Shown piece by piece: positions 37,880 to 49,094 of a stretch of 64,000 bases of DNA. The notes under the pieces are model-generated. The model saw only the letters and a list, made by a program, of their open reading frames with translations, was not told the origin of the DNA and did no database searches. Both the position numbers and the translations under genes were made by a program. The stretch's first letter is position 1; every line of letters begins with the position of its first letter. Source of the DNA: Trichodelitschia bisporula. Its lineage: Eukaryota. The stretch is taken from the NCBI GenBank assembly GCA_010356995.1, contig ML996699.1:1-64000 (forward strand), in the 5' to 3' direction.

Positions 37880-39053
37880 ATGACACAGGACGTCTGCAAA
37901 AAGTGCAGCATGCTCGCCGCCGTCGTCACAGTGCGGTCGGACCCGCTATGCGCCGATTGCTTCGCGCGCTTCGTCAACACGAAGGTCGTCAAGCGCATGG
38001 AAGGCTTCCGTACGCGGTACGCGACTGCGGGAGAGGAGCGGTGCCTACTGCTGCCGGTGTCGTTTGGCGTTGGCTCGCTCACGCTTCTACATGTGCTAGA
38101 CCGGCATCTGGTACAACAGTGCGAGCGGTACGGGCGGACGGGGTATGCGCTGCGTGTGCTCTATGTTGGAGTGGAGGGAGCGGAAAGAGAGAGACTGGCG
38201 ATGCTGCGGGAGAAGTACCGGCACCCAGTAACCGTGCTGCCGCTTGCCGCCGTCTTGTAGGCCTCTCTGCATTTTATATACCACGCTGACGGATAGTGAA
38301 TCTGCCGATGATACCGACGGTGCAGATGGCGTGAGCGGTGCGAGTGAGGTAGACGCGGACGCAGACCACACGGATGACGCGGACCAAGGGAACGGTACGG
38401 ACAAGACAAAGGACACGCAGGGAAATAGCACAGAGGCAGCCGAAAAGTTGACCACCCTCCTCGCTGCCCTCACCCCCACCTCGACCGCCGACGTGATCTC
38501 CATACTCAAAACCCGCCTCATAGCCAACTACGCCCGCCGCACCGGCTGCGAGGCCGTCCTCTGGGGCAGCAGCACCACGCGGCTCGCCGAAACGGCCCTC
38601 GCCGAGACAGCCAAAGGGCGCGGCTTCGCGCTGCCGTGGCATCTCGCCGACGGACCATCGCCATACGGCGTAGCCTTCCACCACCCACTGCGCGACGTGC
38701 TGGGCAAGGAGCTGACGGCCCATGCCGAGATTGTGTTTCCCGAGCTGCTGCCGCTAGTTGCCGAGGAAGTGCTGCCGCGCGGCACCATTGACGGCCTCAT
38801 GCGGGGCTACTTTGCGAGCGTTGAGGAGAGTTACCCGAGTATCGTATCTAACGTCGTGCGCACCACGGGGAAGCTTAAGCCACCGCCGCCGGGTGTCGCG
38901 CGGTGCGCGCTCTGCAGCCTACCCGTTGAGGCAGACCAGCTGGGCATCTACGGATGGGGTGGCGACCAAGCCGCCGGGCGCGGGGCAGAGGGCGAGCTTT
39001 GCTACGGATGTTCACGTGCAGTACCGGCAGAGGCGGCGGCATTGCTGCGATAG
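37880..39053 (+). CDS. NCS2: Cytoplasmic tRNA 2-thiolation protein 2
   Basis: CKKC..LCADCF..KVVKRM; LLLPVSFGVGSLTLLH; LAETALAETAKGRGF; PLRDVL; YPSIVSNVVRTTGKL; CALC..LCYGC. 40-nt intron 38257-38296. Confidence 0.92.
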
Positions 39054-39168
39054 TAATAATTACTTGCATTATGTGGGTATCGGATCGAGAAGTCTACCAG
39101 AAGCTACCAGAGGCCAGAGCTACCGGACGACGCCATGAGAAAGCTAACAGAACGCTACAACAATTCCT

Positions 39169-40074
39169 TTAATGCCGCTGCATCTCCACGTCCCCCTTCT
39201 TTGAGCGCCATCCGCCAAACAGCCCCTTGCGCTCCGCCTGGCGCTCCTCACGACCTCCACGCTCCTCGCGACCTCCACGCTCCTCACGCTCTTCACGACC
39301 TCCACGCTCCTCGCGACCTCCGCGATCCGTCCGTATGCGAGCCGGCTCCGGGTGGCGTGGGCCGTCCGCCACGCTCGAGTACCGCGGGAGTTCCTCATCG
39401 CTGACGTCCTCATAGACGGTGGCTGGCGCAGGCGGAGTGTAAGCCTCGCCACGACGGCGGGCCTCCTCTTCGGCGCGCTCCTCCGCGGACGTAAGCTCGC
39501 GCGGCTTGTACTTGCGGTCGAGAGCTTTCTCGAGGAGACGCACGTTCTTGGTGTTGGCCTTGACACTAGCGTCGAGCAGGTCGCCGGCGAATGGGACGAG
39601 CCCGATGACGAAGTCTAACGCAATCCACATCTCCATCTGACGCTTTGTAGAGCTGTCAAGCCCACCAGTGACTTTGCAGCAGTGACGGTACAGTGAGATG
39701 GCGAGCATCATGTCGAGCACGTCGCCGATTTCGGGGATGAGCCCAAGAACGGAGGACCAGCCGAAGCGTATGCCGAGGAAGGTGAAGAGCGCCATGTCGA
39801 GCTGGTATGCGCGCTTGCGAGCGGCGGCGAGAATGTCGGCGTCGTGCTCTGGAATGTATGCGGGGATCTGCTTCTTGCACTTTTTCTTGCGCCCGCGCGC
39901 GTCTGTGCGGTACTCGTAGTAGGGGTCCTATAGGAAGGGCATTAGCAGTGCAAACAAGGCGAACTGACCCTGAGGATCGCTTACATATGGGCCTGAGGGC
40001 TCCTTGCCCTTGTACTTTTTCAGCTGCGAGTTGAGCATCTTCTTTGCGGCATATTTGCCGACAGCGCCAGCCAT
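39169..40074 (-). CDS. DUF4112 membrane protein
   Basis: MAGAVGKYAAKKM..DPYYE..RAYQLDM..GIRFGWSSVLGLIPEIGDVLD..LDFVIGLVPFAGDLLD..KANTKNVRLLE. One intron about 39929-39984. Confidence 0.9.
39245..39325 (-). repeat. Coding 18-bp tandem repeat (GGREER about x4) in the DUF4112 tail
   Basis: cgacctccacgctcctc(a/g) units, translated RGGREERGGREEREERGGREERGGREER. Confidence 0.8.
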
Positions 40075-40930
40075 GGTTGTGGGAGAGAAAGAGGTCGTAG
40101 AAGGGGTATTGGACGGTTAGAGTAAGTGAGGACCGTGGGTAGACGAGTGATTGAGAGGGTTCGAAGCTGATGGAGCGACGCGTAGAGCAGAGGTCGGCGA
40201 TTGTAGATGTACTGAGATTCGAGAACAATGCTCGGGCGGCACAAAGGTTCTAAAACGAGCTTCTCCGACGACTGGCCTGCAGGTGTTGATGGGTTCAGTG
40301 GTATGAAACAGCTGCGCGCTTGGAGGAACAAACGGGCGACAAAGACGACAAAGGCGAGATGAAAGGCTGGTTTTAATGGTCAATGGGTCAGCGGGAGAGC
40401 TAAGTAGTCCAGAGACGGATAGCAAACGGCACAGGAGAGGCCGCAAGATAGGACGGAGAAGCGAGCTGAGGTGCAGGACGTATCACTCAGCGCCATTTAT
40501 TTCCCTGTTTCCATTGCGTTTGGTGATGCATGAGCCACTCCCACCGTCATCAAGCCACTCAACAAACACCACCAGCCACAGGTGAAGAGCCTGCACAGCC
40601 ACCGAACCCCCGAGTGGCGATCCCGGTAATTGGTCCGCCTCCTGCCACGCGATGCACGGGTACACGTGCCTCTGATTAGACGCGACTGCCGCGCGTCCCC
40701 ACGTACCGCCCAATCACCACCCGCCCCGCTGTGGCGCAGTTCCTCTGCCAACCCCCAAGCGCGCAACGCATCACTGCAAACAAAGCGGATGACCTTCAAC
40801 CTCTCTCGTCTGTCCACGTTGATCCATTCGTGGCGGTGCCAACATCCCCGTACCCCGCTGTTCTTCTTTCTGTCGTCATCTGTCGTGTGTAGTCTCTAAC
40901 TCTGTTAACCGTCCTACGCCGACCGTCAGT

Positions 40931-43378
40931 ATGGCGGACAAGCGCCCTCCGATGGACAGGCGCCTCACGATGAACAAAAGCCTTATCGAGTGTATGTTCC
41001 TCCGTCCATCTCTCTATCTAGCTAACAGGCAGGGCTCGATGATCTATGCGTTCGCTTTGTTATCAACCTCCCGCGCGAGGAGCTCGAGTCGGTCGAGCGC
41101 ATATGCTTCCAGATCGAGGAGGCTCAGTGGTTCTACGAGGACTTTGTGCGCCCGCTGGACCCGACCCTGCCGTCGCTGAACCTACGGCAATTTTGCTCGT
41201 TGATCTTCCAGCACTGTGTACTACTGTCGCCGCTGGCGTCGATGTCCTCGGAAGCGTACACGGAGTTCCTCACATACAAGACACGCGTGCCAGTTCGCGG
41301 TGCCATCATGCTGAACCAAGATATGAGCAAGGTGGTGCTTGTCAAGGGCTGGAAGAAGGGTGCGAAGTGGAGTTTCCCGCGCGGCAAGATCAACAAGGAT
41401 GAACCTGACCTCGACTGCGCCATCCGCGAGGTGTACGAGGAGACGGGCTACGACCTGCGCGGTAGTGGGCTGGTGCCGGACGACCCGCAAGCTTTAGACG
41501 TGACGCTCCGCGAACAGCATATGCGGCTGTACGTATTCCGCGGCGTGCCGATGGACACGTATTTTGAGCCGCGTACCCGGAAGGAGATTTCAGTGAGTGG
41601 CTCGCTGGTTTGATGGACGAGCTGACCGTCAGAAAATTGAGTGGTACTCGCTTGCCGACCTGCCGGCGTTCAAGCGCGGCGACGAGCGCAGCAGCAGCTT
41701 CTACATGGTCGCGCCGTTTATTTCAAAGCTGAAGACCTGGATCAATGAGCAGCGGCGCAACGACCGCCGACGTGAGGTGTTAATCGACAGCGAGGAGGAC
41801 GGCGAGGAGGTGCCTGAGCCGGAGTCAGAGCCGGCGCCAGAGCCGGAGCCGGCGGCATTCCAGCGGCTGCTATCGGGGCTGCGCAGCTCGGCCGGAGGCG
41901 TTGAGGGAGCGGAGGCGGGGATCGAAGTGATGCCAGCGATGTATAGGGAGCTGGCGGCTGAGTCAAAGAGGCAGTTTGAGGACGACAACCCGTTCCTGGC
42001 GGGATCCGTACAGGGTGTCCGGGGCGTCCCTCACACGCCGTTCGACCAGATCACCACCACGCCGCCCGAAGCCGACACCCCACACCACGTCCCGCCGCCG
42101 GCGCACGTTCCGCACGTCCCGCCACCCGTCTTCCCGTACTCCCCCGCAACGACCGTCGACCACCCGCACGGACCGCGGCCGTACCCGGGCCCGACATCGC
42201 ACCCGTTCTCGGCCAGAGGCACGCAGGGCGCGGTCCAGGGCGTGACCCCGACCCCGCACGCCCCCCAGGGCCAAGAAGTCCCGTTCGCGCAGCAATTCGG
42301 CTCCCACGCGACCATCCCGCCCGCTTCGCGGCTGCCCGCTCCCCAGCTCACCGGCCATGCGCTGCACTTGCTCAACGTGTTCAACGGCCCGCAGACGCCG
42401 CCCAAGCCGCCCGCGCCGCGCCAGGTCACGCCCTCGACGGGACCGTCGCCGGGTGTGAGCGAGATCTCGACGAGCATGATCCCTGTGTCGCCGCAGCTGC
42501 GCAACATTCCGCCTCCTGCGCCGATGCCGCCCGCGCCTATGCCACCGGCGCCCATGGCCCCTCGCACGCACACCCCCCATCAAACCGCGCTTTTGAACCT
42601 GCTTAACGCGGACGGTGAGCTCGAGGCCACCGACCAGCCCGTTGAGTTGGCCACCCAACCGTCCCCGCGCATGCCACGGGACGCGAGTGCGAGTCCTCTG
42701 CGCCCGCGCCTGAGCATGCGCCGGCTCAGCACCATGGACGACGAGAAGCGCGACCCAGGGCTCGTGTCCGCGACAGTGAGCGGCCCGCTCAACGCGCCGG
42801 AGTTTGAGACCGTACGCCGCAAGCCGCGGGGCAGCAACCAGTCCTCCCCGAAAGCGAAAAGCAGCCCACGTTTCGCGACGCGCTCGCCCTACCAGCCGCA
42901 GTCCGCCAGCCCATACCAGCCATCCTCGCCATCGCGGCTGCGGGAGCGCGCGACTAGCCCCGCTGTCCCGCTGCACACGGCGCGCGGCGCGGCGGCGCAG
43001 ATCGAGGCGCCGAAGCCGTTCCATCCGACTAAGATACTGCGGAGGCCGGAGCAGTTAACCGCGGTGGTGAATGCGCAGGAGCGGCGCGCGGCGGAGTTGC
43101 CGGAGCAGAAGGCGACGTTGTTGGGGATGCTGAATAGTCGGGAGAATATGCCGCTGCGGGTGCGTAGTCCCGTGAGTCCGCTGCCCGGGGGTGGTCGGGG
43201 AACAGGGATGCGGAATGTTAGTGGGCCGGTGGAGGGGCGGGAGAGTGCGGCGAGTGCGGCGAGTAGTGCTGCGCGTAGAGGGAGTGGGCCGCAGACGCCG
43301 ATTACGCCGGTTGAGCGGCACTTTTTGATGGGGTATCTCGAGGGTGTGGCGAAGAGTGCTACGGGGCGAGTGGGTTAG
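40931..43378 (+). CDS. DCP2: mRNA decapping enzyme Dcp2 (Box A + Nudix + long disordered tail)
   Basis: WLDDLCVRFVINLP..ERICFQIEEAQWFYEDF; YKTRVPVRGAIML; WSFPRGKINKDE..CAIREVYEETGYD Nudix box; FEPRTRKEIS|KIEW. Two introns. Confidence 0.96.
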
Positions 43379-43537
43379 GGATGGTCAAAGGTTGTATTCA
43401 CCTACAGCGAAGGTGGTGATGGATAGAGCGTGCAGGTACAGAGTGCATTGTTATAACGTGTCAACGAGCCACGAGCGTACATAGATAGGCGCAGGCGGAA
43501 TAATTCAGCGTTCCATTTTCAGTTCTTCCATTCTTGT

Positions 43538-44587
43538 TCATTGCGTGTCTACGGCTTTCCGCTCTGCCTTGCTCCGCTGCCGCGCGGTCTCCCGCTCGCG
43601 CAGCCAGTCTGGTACAAAAGCCTTGACGCGCAGATCGCTTCCCTTAAGCGCGAATTCATCGCCGGGCGTCCAGCTCCCGCCCTCCGCGCTGACGCGCAAG
43701 TCGCTCATATTTTCCAAGCGGCACAGCGCGAGGCCCACATTCCCCATGCCGAACAGCCAGCGCCCGGCAGGTCTTTTCCCTCCCCCGAGGGCCACGATAT
43801 CCGTCCCGGCCTCCACACCCCCCGCATCGAACTCAGGCTGGTACGCCAAGTCCTCCGGCGGCGTCTCGCCCGCGCGATACAGCTGCACGGGCAGAAGCCG
43901 CTTCCGCACCACACCCGTGTGCTGCGTCCGGATGGTCAACTCCTGTCCCACGTAGCACCCCTTCCTGAAATCAATCGCGGACAGGTGGTCCAGATTCGCT
44001 TCGTGCGGCAACAGGCCAGGGAGGATGGATGACGGGGGTAGGCCGTGCTGGAGTGTGCTTAGGGTGTAGTCCTTTTCGCTTGCGTGCCGGAGGGAGAGCG
44101 CGGGCTCAGCGCCGGGGGGGAGGAGCATCCGCGCGCCGAGCGCGGGGAGGCGCGGGTCGAGCAGCGTGGGTGTATCCGTAGGCAGAGCGAGGCCCGGGCC
44201 CCATGTAGCCCAGACGGACCATCCCCCCCGTGCAAAAGCGATCTTGCTGCGGAGCTTGTGCTTGCGTAGATGCGACGCTAGAGTGTCGGCGAGGGCGGCG
44301 TCGACGTCGATGACGGCGCTGTACTGCCCGTCGATGAGGCGTGGGAACACGAATGCATCGGTTATGATGCGTCCTGGCGCGGTGAGGAAGGCGGTGTACC
44401 CGCCCGTCGTTTCGAGGAGTGTGCTTGTGCAGAGCCCGTGGAGGAACTTGGCTGTGTCGGGGCCGGTTAGGGAGAGGGTTGTGCGGGAGGGGAGGGGGGC
44501 GATGCCGATGGCGGGGGGCTGGGTTGAGTAGTGCCGATGGGGGAGGGCGTGTGGAGGACGCAGGCGGTGAAGGTGGAAGGGACGCAT
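43538..44587 (-). CDS. IBA57: Mitochondrial Fe-S assembly factor Iba57/Caf17 (YgfZ family)
   Basis: Arg/His-rich presequence; GPDTAKFLHGL; signature IDFRKGCYVGQELTIRTQHTGVVRKR. Single exon. Confidence 0.96.
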   Translation of the reverse strand: MRPFHLHRLRPPHALPHRHYSTQPPAIGIAPLPSRTTLSLTGPDTAKFLHGLCTSTLLETTGGYTAFLTAPGRIITDAFVFPRLIDGQYSAVIDVDAALADTLASHLRKHKLRSKIAFARGGWSVWATWGPGLALPTDTPTLLDPRLPALGARMLLPPGAEPALSLRHASEKDYTLSTLQHGLPPSSILPGLLPHEANLDHLSAIDFRKGCYVGQELTIRTQHTGVVRKRLLPVQLYRAGETPPEDLAYQPEFDAGGVEAGTDIVALGGGKRPAGRWLFGMGNVGLALCRLENMSDLRVSAEGGSWTPGDEFALKGSDLRVKAFVPDWLRERETARQRSKAERKAVDTQ

Positions 44588-46800
44588 TGTTGTGATGGTG
44601 GTGAGGTTGTGGTTGAGTTTGCGGACGTCATCGCTTACCTAGGGCGGGTAGGGCTGAGCGTGGGTTGGGGTTGGCGCTTGGGGCGGGGCGGGGTGGATGC
44701 CTTTGCGGGACGCTGTGTGCGGTTTGGACGCTTTGGGGACATGTTGAAGGGGCTTACACAGCATAGAGGGTTTATGGTGTTGCGAATTGGCTATCTGACT
44801 TGATTGCTGGGTACATTGCGGAGGTTGAGTGGTTTGTGCAGCACGCTTCATTTAAGCTTGATATATGGCTTCCGCTGTCCTTCGACGGCCGTCACTCGAC
44901 AATACACCCTCCACTCGAGGCAACGCAGCCTTCCGCCTGTGCCTGCTCGCTGGTCAGGGCTGCTTCCTCCTTCTCCATGATTGCTAGTCTCCCGGGCCGG
45001 CAGCCGTTTTAGCACGCTCGCTTCACAACGCTGTCTACAGCACGAAGCAGGGCGTCCCCTCAGTTGGTTTGCTCCTGCTTGCGGACCAAAACTGCTTCTC
45101 CCCTCCATAATCCTCTGCCAGAGTGGGCCGTCGTTTCTGAGACTAGCTCTCGCATCGGCAGCACGCCCCTCGCGAACGGTTGTCTCACGACTGACGCCGC
45201 CCGCTGGCGCAGCAAGTCCTTTTCGCCAATTCGCTTGCTCATATGCTGGCCAGAGAAGCTCGTTCTCGCTGCCCAGGGGCGGCTTCCCATCCACCGATAG
45301 TCGCCCTTCTCCCATTGCGGTAGTTAATTCCACTCATTCAACGGTTGCTCCCCTCGCCAGGGCGTCATCTCTTCGCTGGTACGATACGACAGATGTAGAA
45401 CTAGAGCTTGTGTTTACCTGTCCGTACGAGGCCGCGGCAAGTAAAGCAGCATACCTACTCGTAGTATCCTCAAAGGCAGAGAACTCAGTCAGGAACATCC
45501 TTGATTCTGCCTTCCGCCCGAACAACGCACGCCTCGGGCCACACAAACCGGGCACCCTGCAGGCAAACGCGCCGAAGCTCGCATCGGCTGCTCGGGACGA
45601 CAAGCGGCGCCTTTCCCGCGACGATTCGACTGGTTTTGGAAGCCCGCCCGTGCATACGCCCCGCAGCGTTCGTTACCCTCGACCAGTCTTCGAGGCATCG
45701 AGAGGCATCCAGCCACGCCAGCGTCGGCCATGTGATCGCGGTGTCCGGCGACGGCGGCGGCGTACACAAGCCCCAATATCGGCGACGCGGTCTGCCTGCA
45801 CCGCCCGCGCCACAGTGGCGGTGCAAGTACTGTCGTTCGGCGACAACGAATGGTGCCTCAACGGCGTTTCCTGGGGCATCCGCAGCTTTGTTTCTGCGGC
45901 CGCAGTTCGCAACGACTGCATCTCCGCCTGCTGCACACCGCAGCCGTCGCTGCGCGCCGACGTGGCAACGGGCGTGTCGCCTCGATGCATGCGCTGGGCG
46001 GGCGCGGCCTGGGCGCCTGATTGGGGGAGTGGGCGGCGCTAGGCACGTGGGTCGAGTGGTGGTGCCTGCGATGGGCGACAGGGGGAGTGGGGAACAGGCA
46101 TCTGCAGATGAGTCGGAGGGAGCGGGAGGAGGCTGTATAAGTATCGTTGAACCGGTGAGCCAAATGCTGGTGGTTGTTGAGAGGGTGGCAGACTCGACGG
46201 CTTCTTCGTTGTCGAATCTCCGCGCGGCTAGCTTCCTGACGGGATTGACGCTCGCTAGGACGGGCTGAGTCATGTGACTGCGGCCCCATTCGCTTGGCTT
46301 CGTCCCGCGCTTTCCCTCGTTCTGGTCTAGTGGCAGTTACTCCACCCCCCGTAACTCATATCCAATCAGAAAGTCCCACGCGGAAGGTATTTCTAGCGCA
46401 TTCCCCCGACTTTTCCCCCTTCCTCAGGCTCCTCATTCCCCCCAGGCTCTTCCTCCCCCAGTCCTCTGGTTCTCCTCAGGCTCCATCTCCAAACAACCAC
46501 CAAAAACCCTCAGGCCATCAATCTTTGACCCTCAGGCCTAGAGCTTCCATCGACGACATCGACAGCATTGATACTCGACACTCACACCGTCTACTCTGCT
46601 TCTTGGACTCTTGTCTATCCTCTTCCCGTCCCAGTGAGTCATCTCCGCCAGTTGTCTTCCGCCCTCGGTCCTCACCGCGCTCCTACAGACTTCAAGGCAT
46701 CAACTCCAGCCACCAGCCACATCCAACCTCGCCGTCGGCGCCTCAGGTTCCAGCAGTCACCATTTCGTTCCCAGCGACGCCCTACTTCCTTCCCTCCGCC

Positions 46801-47813
46801 ATGAGCGAAGTCGAAGGAGCCGCGCTGCAGGAGGCGGCCCTGCGGCCGGGCCTGGAGTACGTGCATCACGACGTACACGATGTGCACGAGATGCACGAGC
46901 TGCCCGTCGAGGAGGACCATGAGCCCTTCAGCCCTCGCCGCGGTTATACCCACAAACGCGCCGAGGATCCCCCCAAGAACGAGAATGGGAAGTTTGTTTG
47001 CAAGTTCACGGCCACATGCGGCGCGCTGACGTTTGACCGGCGCTGCGAATGGAGGTACGTGATATCTGTTTGCCTGCTATCGGTCGTCGGTCGGTTCTCA
47101 ACTCGCGTTGATCCCTGAGGACTCGGCCGACTTGACTTGACTCGACCGGCTACCTGTCACTCATTCACTTTGCACCCCCTTCTCCCACAATCACGCTGAC
47201 CGTTCGTAGCAAGCACATGGACAAGCATGACCGGCCCTACAAGTGCGAGCAACCCGGCTGCGAGAAGCTGCAGGGCTTCACATACTCCGGTGGACTCCTG
47301 CGCCACCAGCGCGAGGTGCATAAGATGCACGGTGGCACGAAGAAGGCGCTCTACTGCCCAGAGCCTAACTGCAAACGCAACGCAGGGTCCGGCTTCACAC
47401 GCAAGGAGAATCTGTCAGAACACATCCGGCGCGTGCACCGGCGGGCTACATCGTCGTCAGACGGCTTTGCGCAACCGAACACGCTCGAGCATCAGCTCGA
47501 GGTGGCGGTGCATGAGGAGGAGCTCGACCTCAAGCGGCGGCGTGAAGACGACGACGTGCCCGAGGGTGACCTCCGCGATGCAGTCAAGCGCCTGCGCACC
47601 GAGAATCTCCAGCTTCAAGAGGGGATGAAGAACATCCAGGACAAGTTTGCCAAGCAGCAGGCCCTCCTCGAGCAGCTGATGCGCCAGCAGACGCTGCCGC
47701 AGACGCTGAGCCAGCAGGTCCTTGGCGGTCAGATGATGGGCGGTCAATTGCAAGGCCAGATCCAGGGGCAGGTGCAAGGTGGCATGCAGACGGGGATGCA
47801 ACAGCGCGTGTAG
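46801..47813 (+). CDS. C2H2 zinc-finger transcription factor (three fingers, coiled coil, Q-rich tail)
   Basis: CKFTATC..FDRRCEW|SKHMDKH; RPYKCEQPGC..GFTYSGGLLRHQREVH; CPEPNC..FTRKENLSEHIRRVH. Intron about 47055-47209. Confidence 0.92.
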
Positions 47814-47885
47814 GGGCGATGAATGAGCGTTGACGGTGGTTGACGAGTGTGTAGATCGCAGAGGCCGACGAACGAAGATGACAGT

Positions 47886-48004
47886 GGACGACGAGTGCAC
47901 ATGGCAGAGAACGACGAGTGCACATGGCAATGAACGACGAGTGCACATGGCAGTGAACGATGGGTGTGCGGATGGCAGTGGACGATGGTTGTGCAGATGA
48001 CAGG
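47886..48004. repeat. 23-25 bp minisatellite (5 units) just 3' of the C2H2 TF
   Basis: g(a/g)acgacgagtgcacatggca(g/a)n x3, then two diverged 25-bp copies. Confidence 0.85.
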
Positions 48005-49094
48005 TCAGCGGTTTTGACGCATTGAGAGGCGGGTGTTTACTGCTTTCATTGGTGTCGGCGTCGGTGGTTCCGAGTGGTAGATGTACAAATAGGCGTTCGG
48101 AATACCCACAGTCTGATATGGCGTCAGTGTCTTGTGTTCTGTGGGATGCTGTTGACGACGAGCGCGGCCTTCCTCTAACCTGGTGTTCCGTGGCGTAGGG
48201 ACTGGAGAAGCGAGAGGTCCTTGGTGGACCCTGGCAGCTGTCAGCTCTCCTGGGGCATATCGGCTCAGTGTGTGACCATCCAGAGGCTTTGGGTGGTCAG
48301 TTATTTCCCCGTGAGTCTCTGACCTGAGGTTGAAACAACGTACTGAAATGGCAAGTAGCCTGGATAGCAGATTTGCAGAATATCAGAACCACCCACCCTT
48401 GGCATCGTCGGAGATCAAGTCAAGGGCTTCAACACCTGAACCTCTCTTTCTCTGCATGCACCCCTGTGCACGTAAAAGGTAGATCACGATCGCGCAACGA
48501 CCCTTGCAATACGGGCTCGAAATGTTAATTATCAGCTCATCGTCTAGCCCACGACTGTATCTACCGCGCACTAAGAACTATATTCCTCCCCGGCACGCCG
48601 ACCACATGCATTGGTCGTGCCTTCCCATCGGCAGACTGGATATGCTCTGCCACAGATAGCGGCCGCTTCGAAAATGCCGCAGGAGCTGTAGCCGTCAATT
48701 CAATATCCTTTATGCAATCCAACCTCGCACAGGTAGACACAGGTCCTCAAATACCCTCCCACGATGTTGTCATACCCTCGGCCATATCAGCATGCTGTGC
48801 CAATCCTGGAGCACCGGGCAGTTTGTCTCTGGGCTCCAACCGGCCGGCACGTCGACACGCTAGGCGGTTGATTCAGAAAGCGGCATTGTCCTGCGCCGTG
48901 GTCGGTTGCGACATCAAGGGCACTCAGTCACGTCGGCCAAGAGCGGTCAGTTCCCACCCCTATTGTGAGCGGTAAACTTAAGCGATGCTTATACCGGCAT
49001 AAAAAACCATCCCTCCCGCATCGCCAGAAAGTCACTGTCGGCCAGACGCCCCTATTCCACCATCTACCACCCCACAATATCAAACATGCACCCC

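Noticed and set aside
44981..46273. Several overlapping 250-350 aa ORFs upstream of the C2H2 TF
   Set aside because: GC-rich, Arg/Ala/Pro-biased translations in all frames with no domain. More likely promoter or 5' UTR.
47886..48004. CRISPR-like array
   Set aside because: Head-to-tail units without unique spacers, eukaryotic context and no cas genes.
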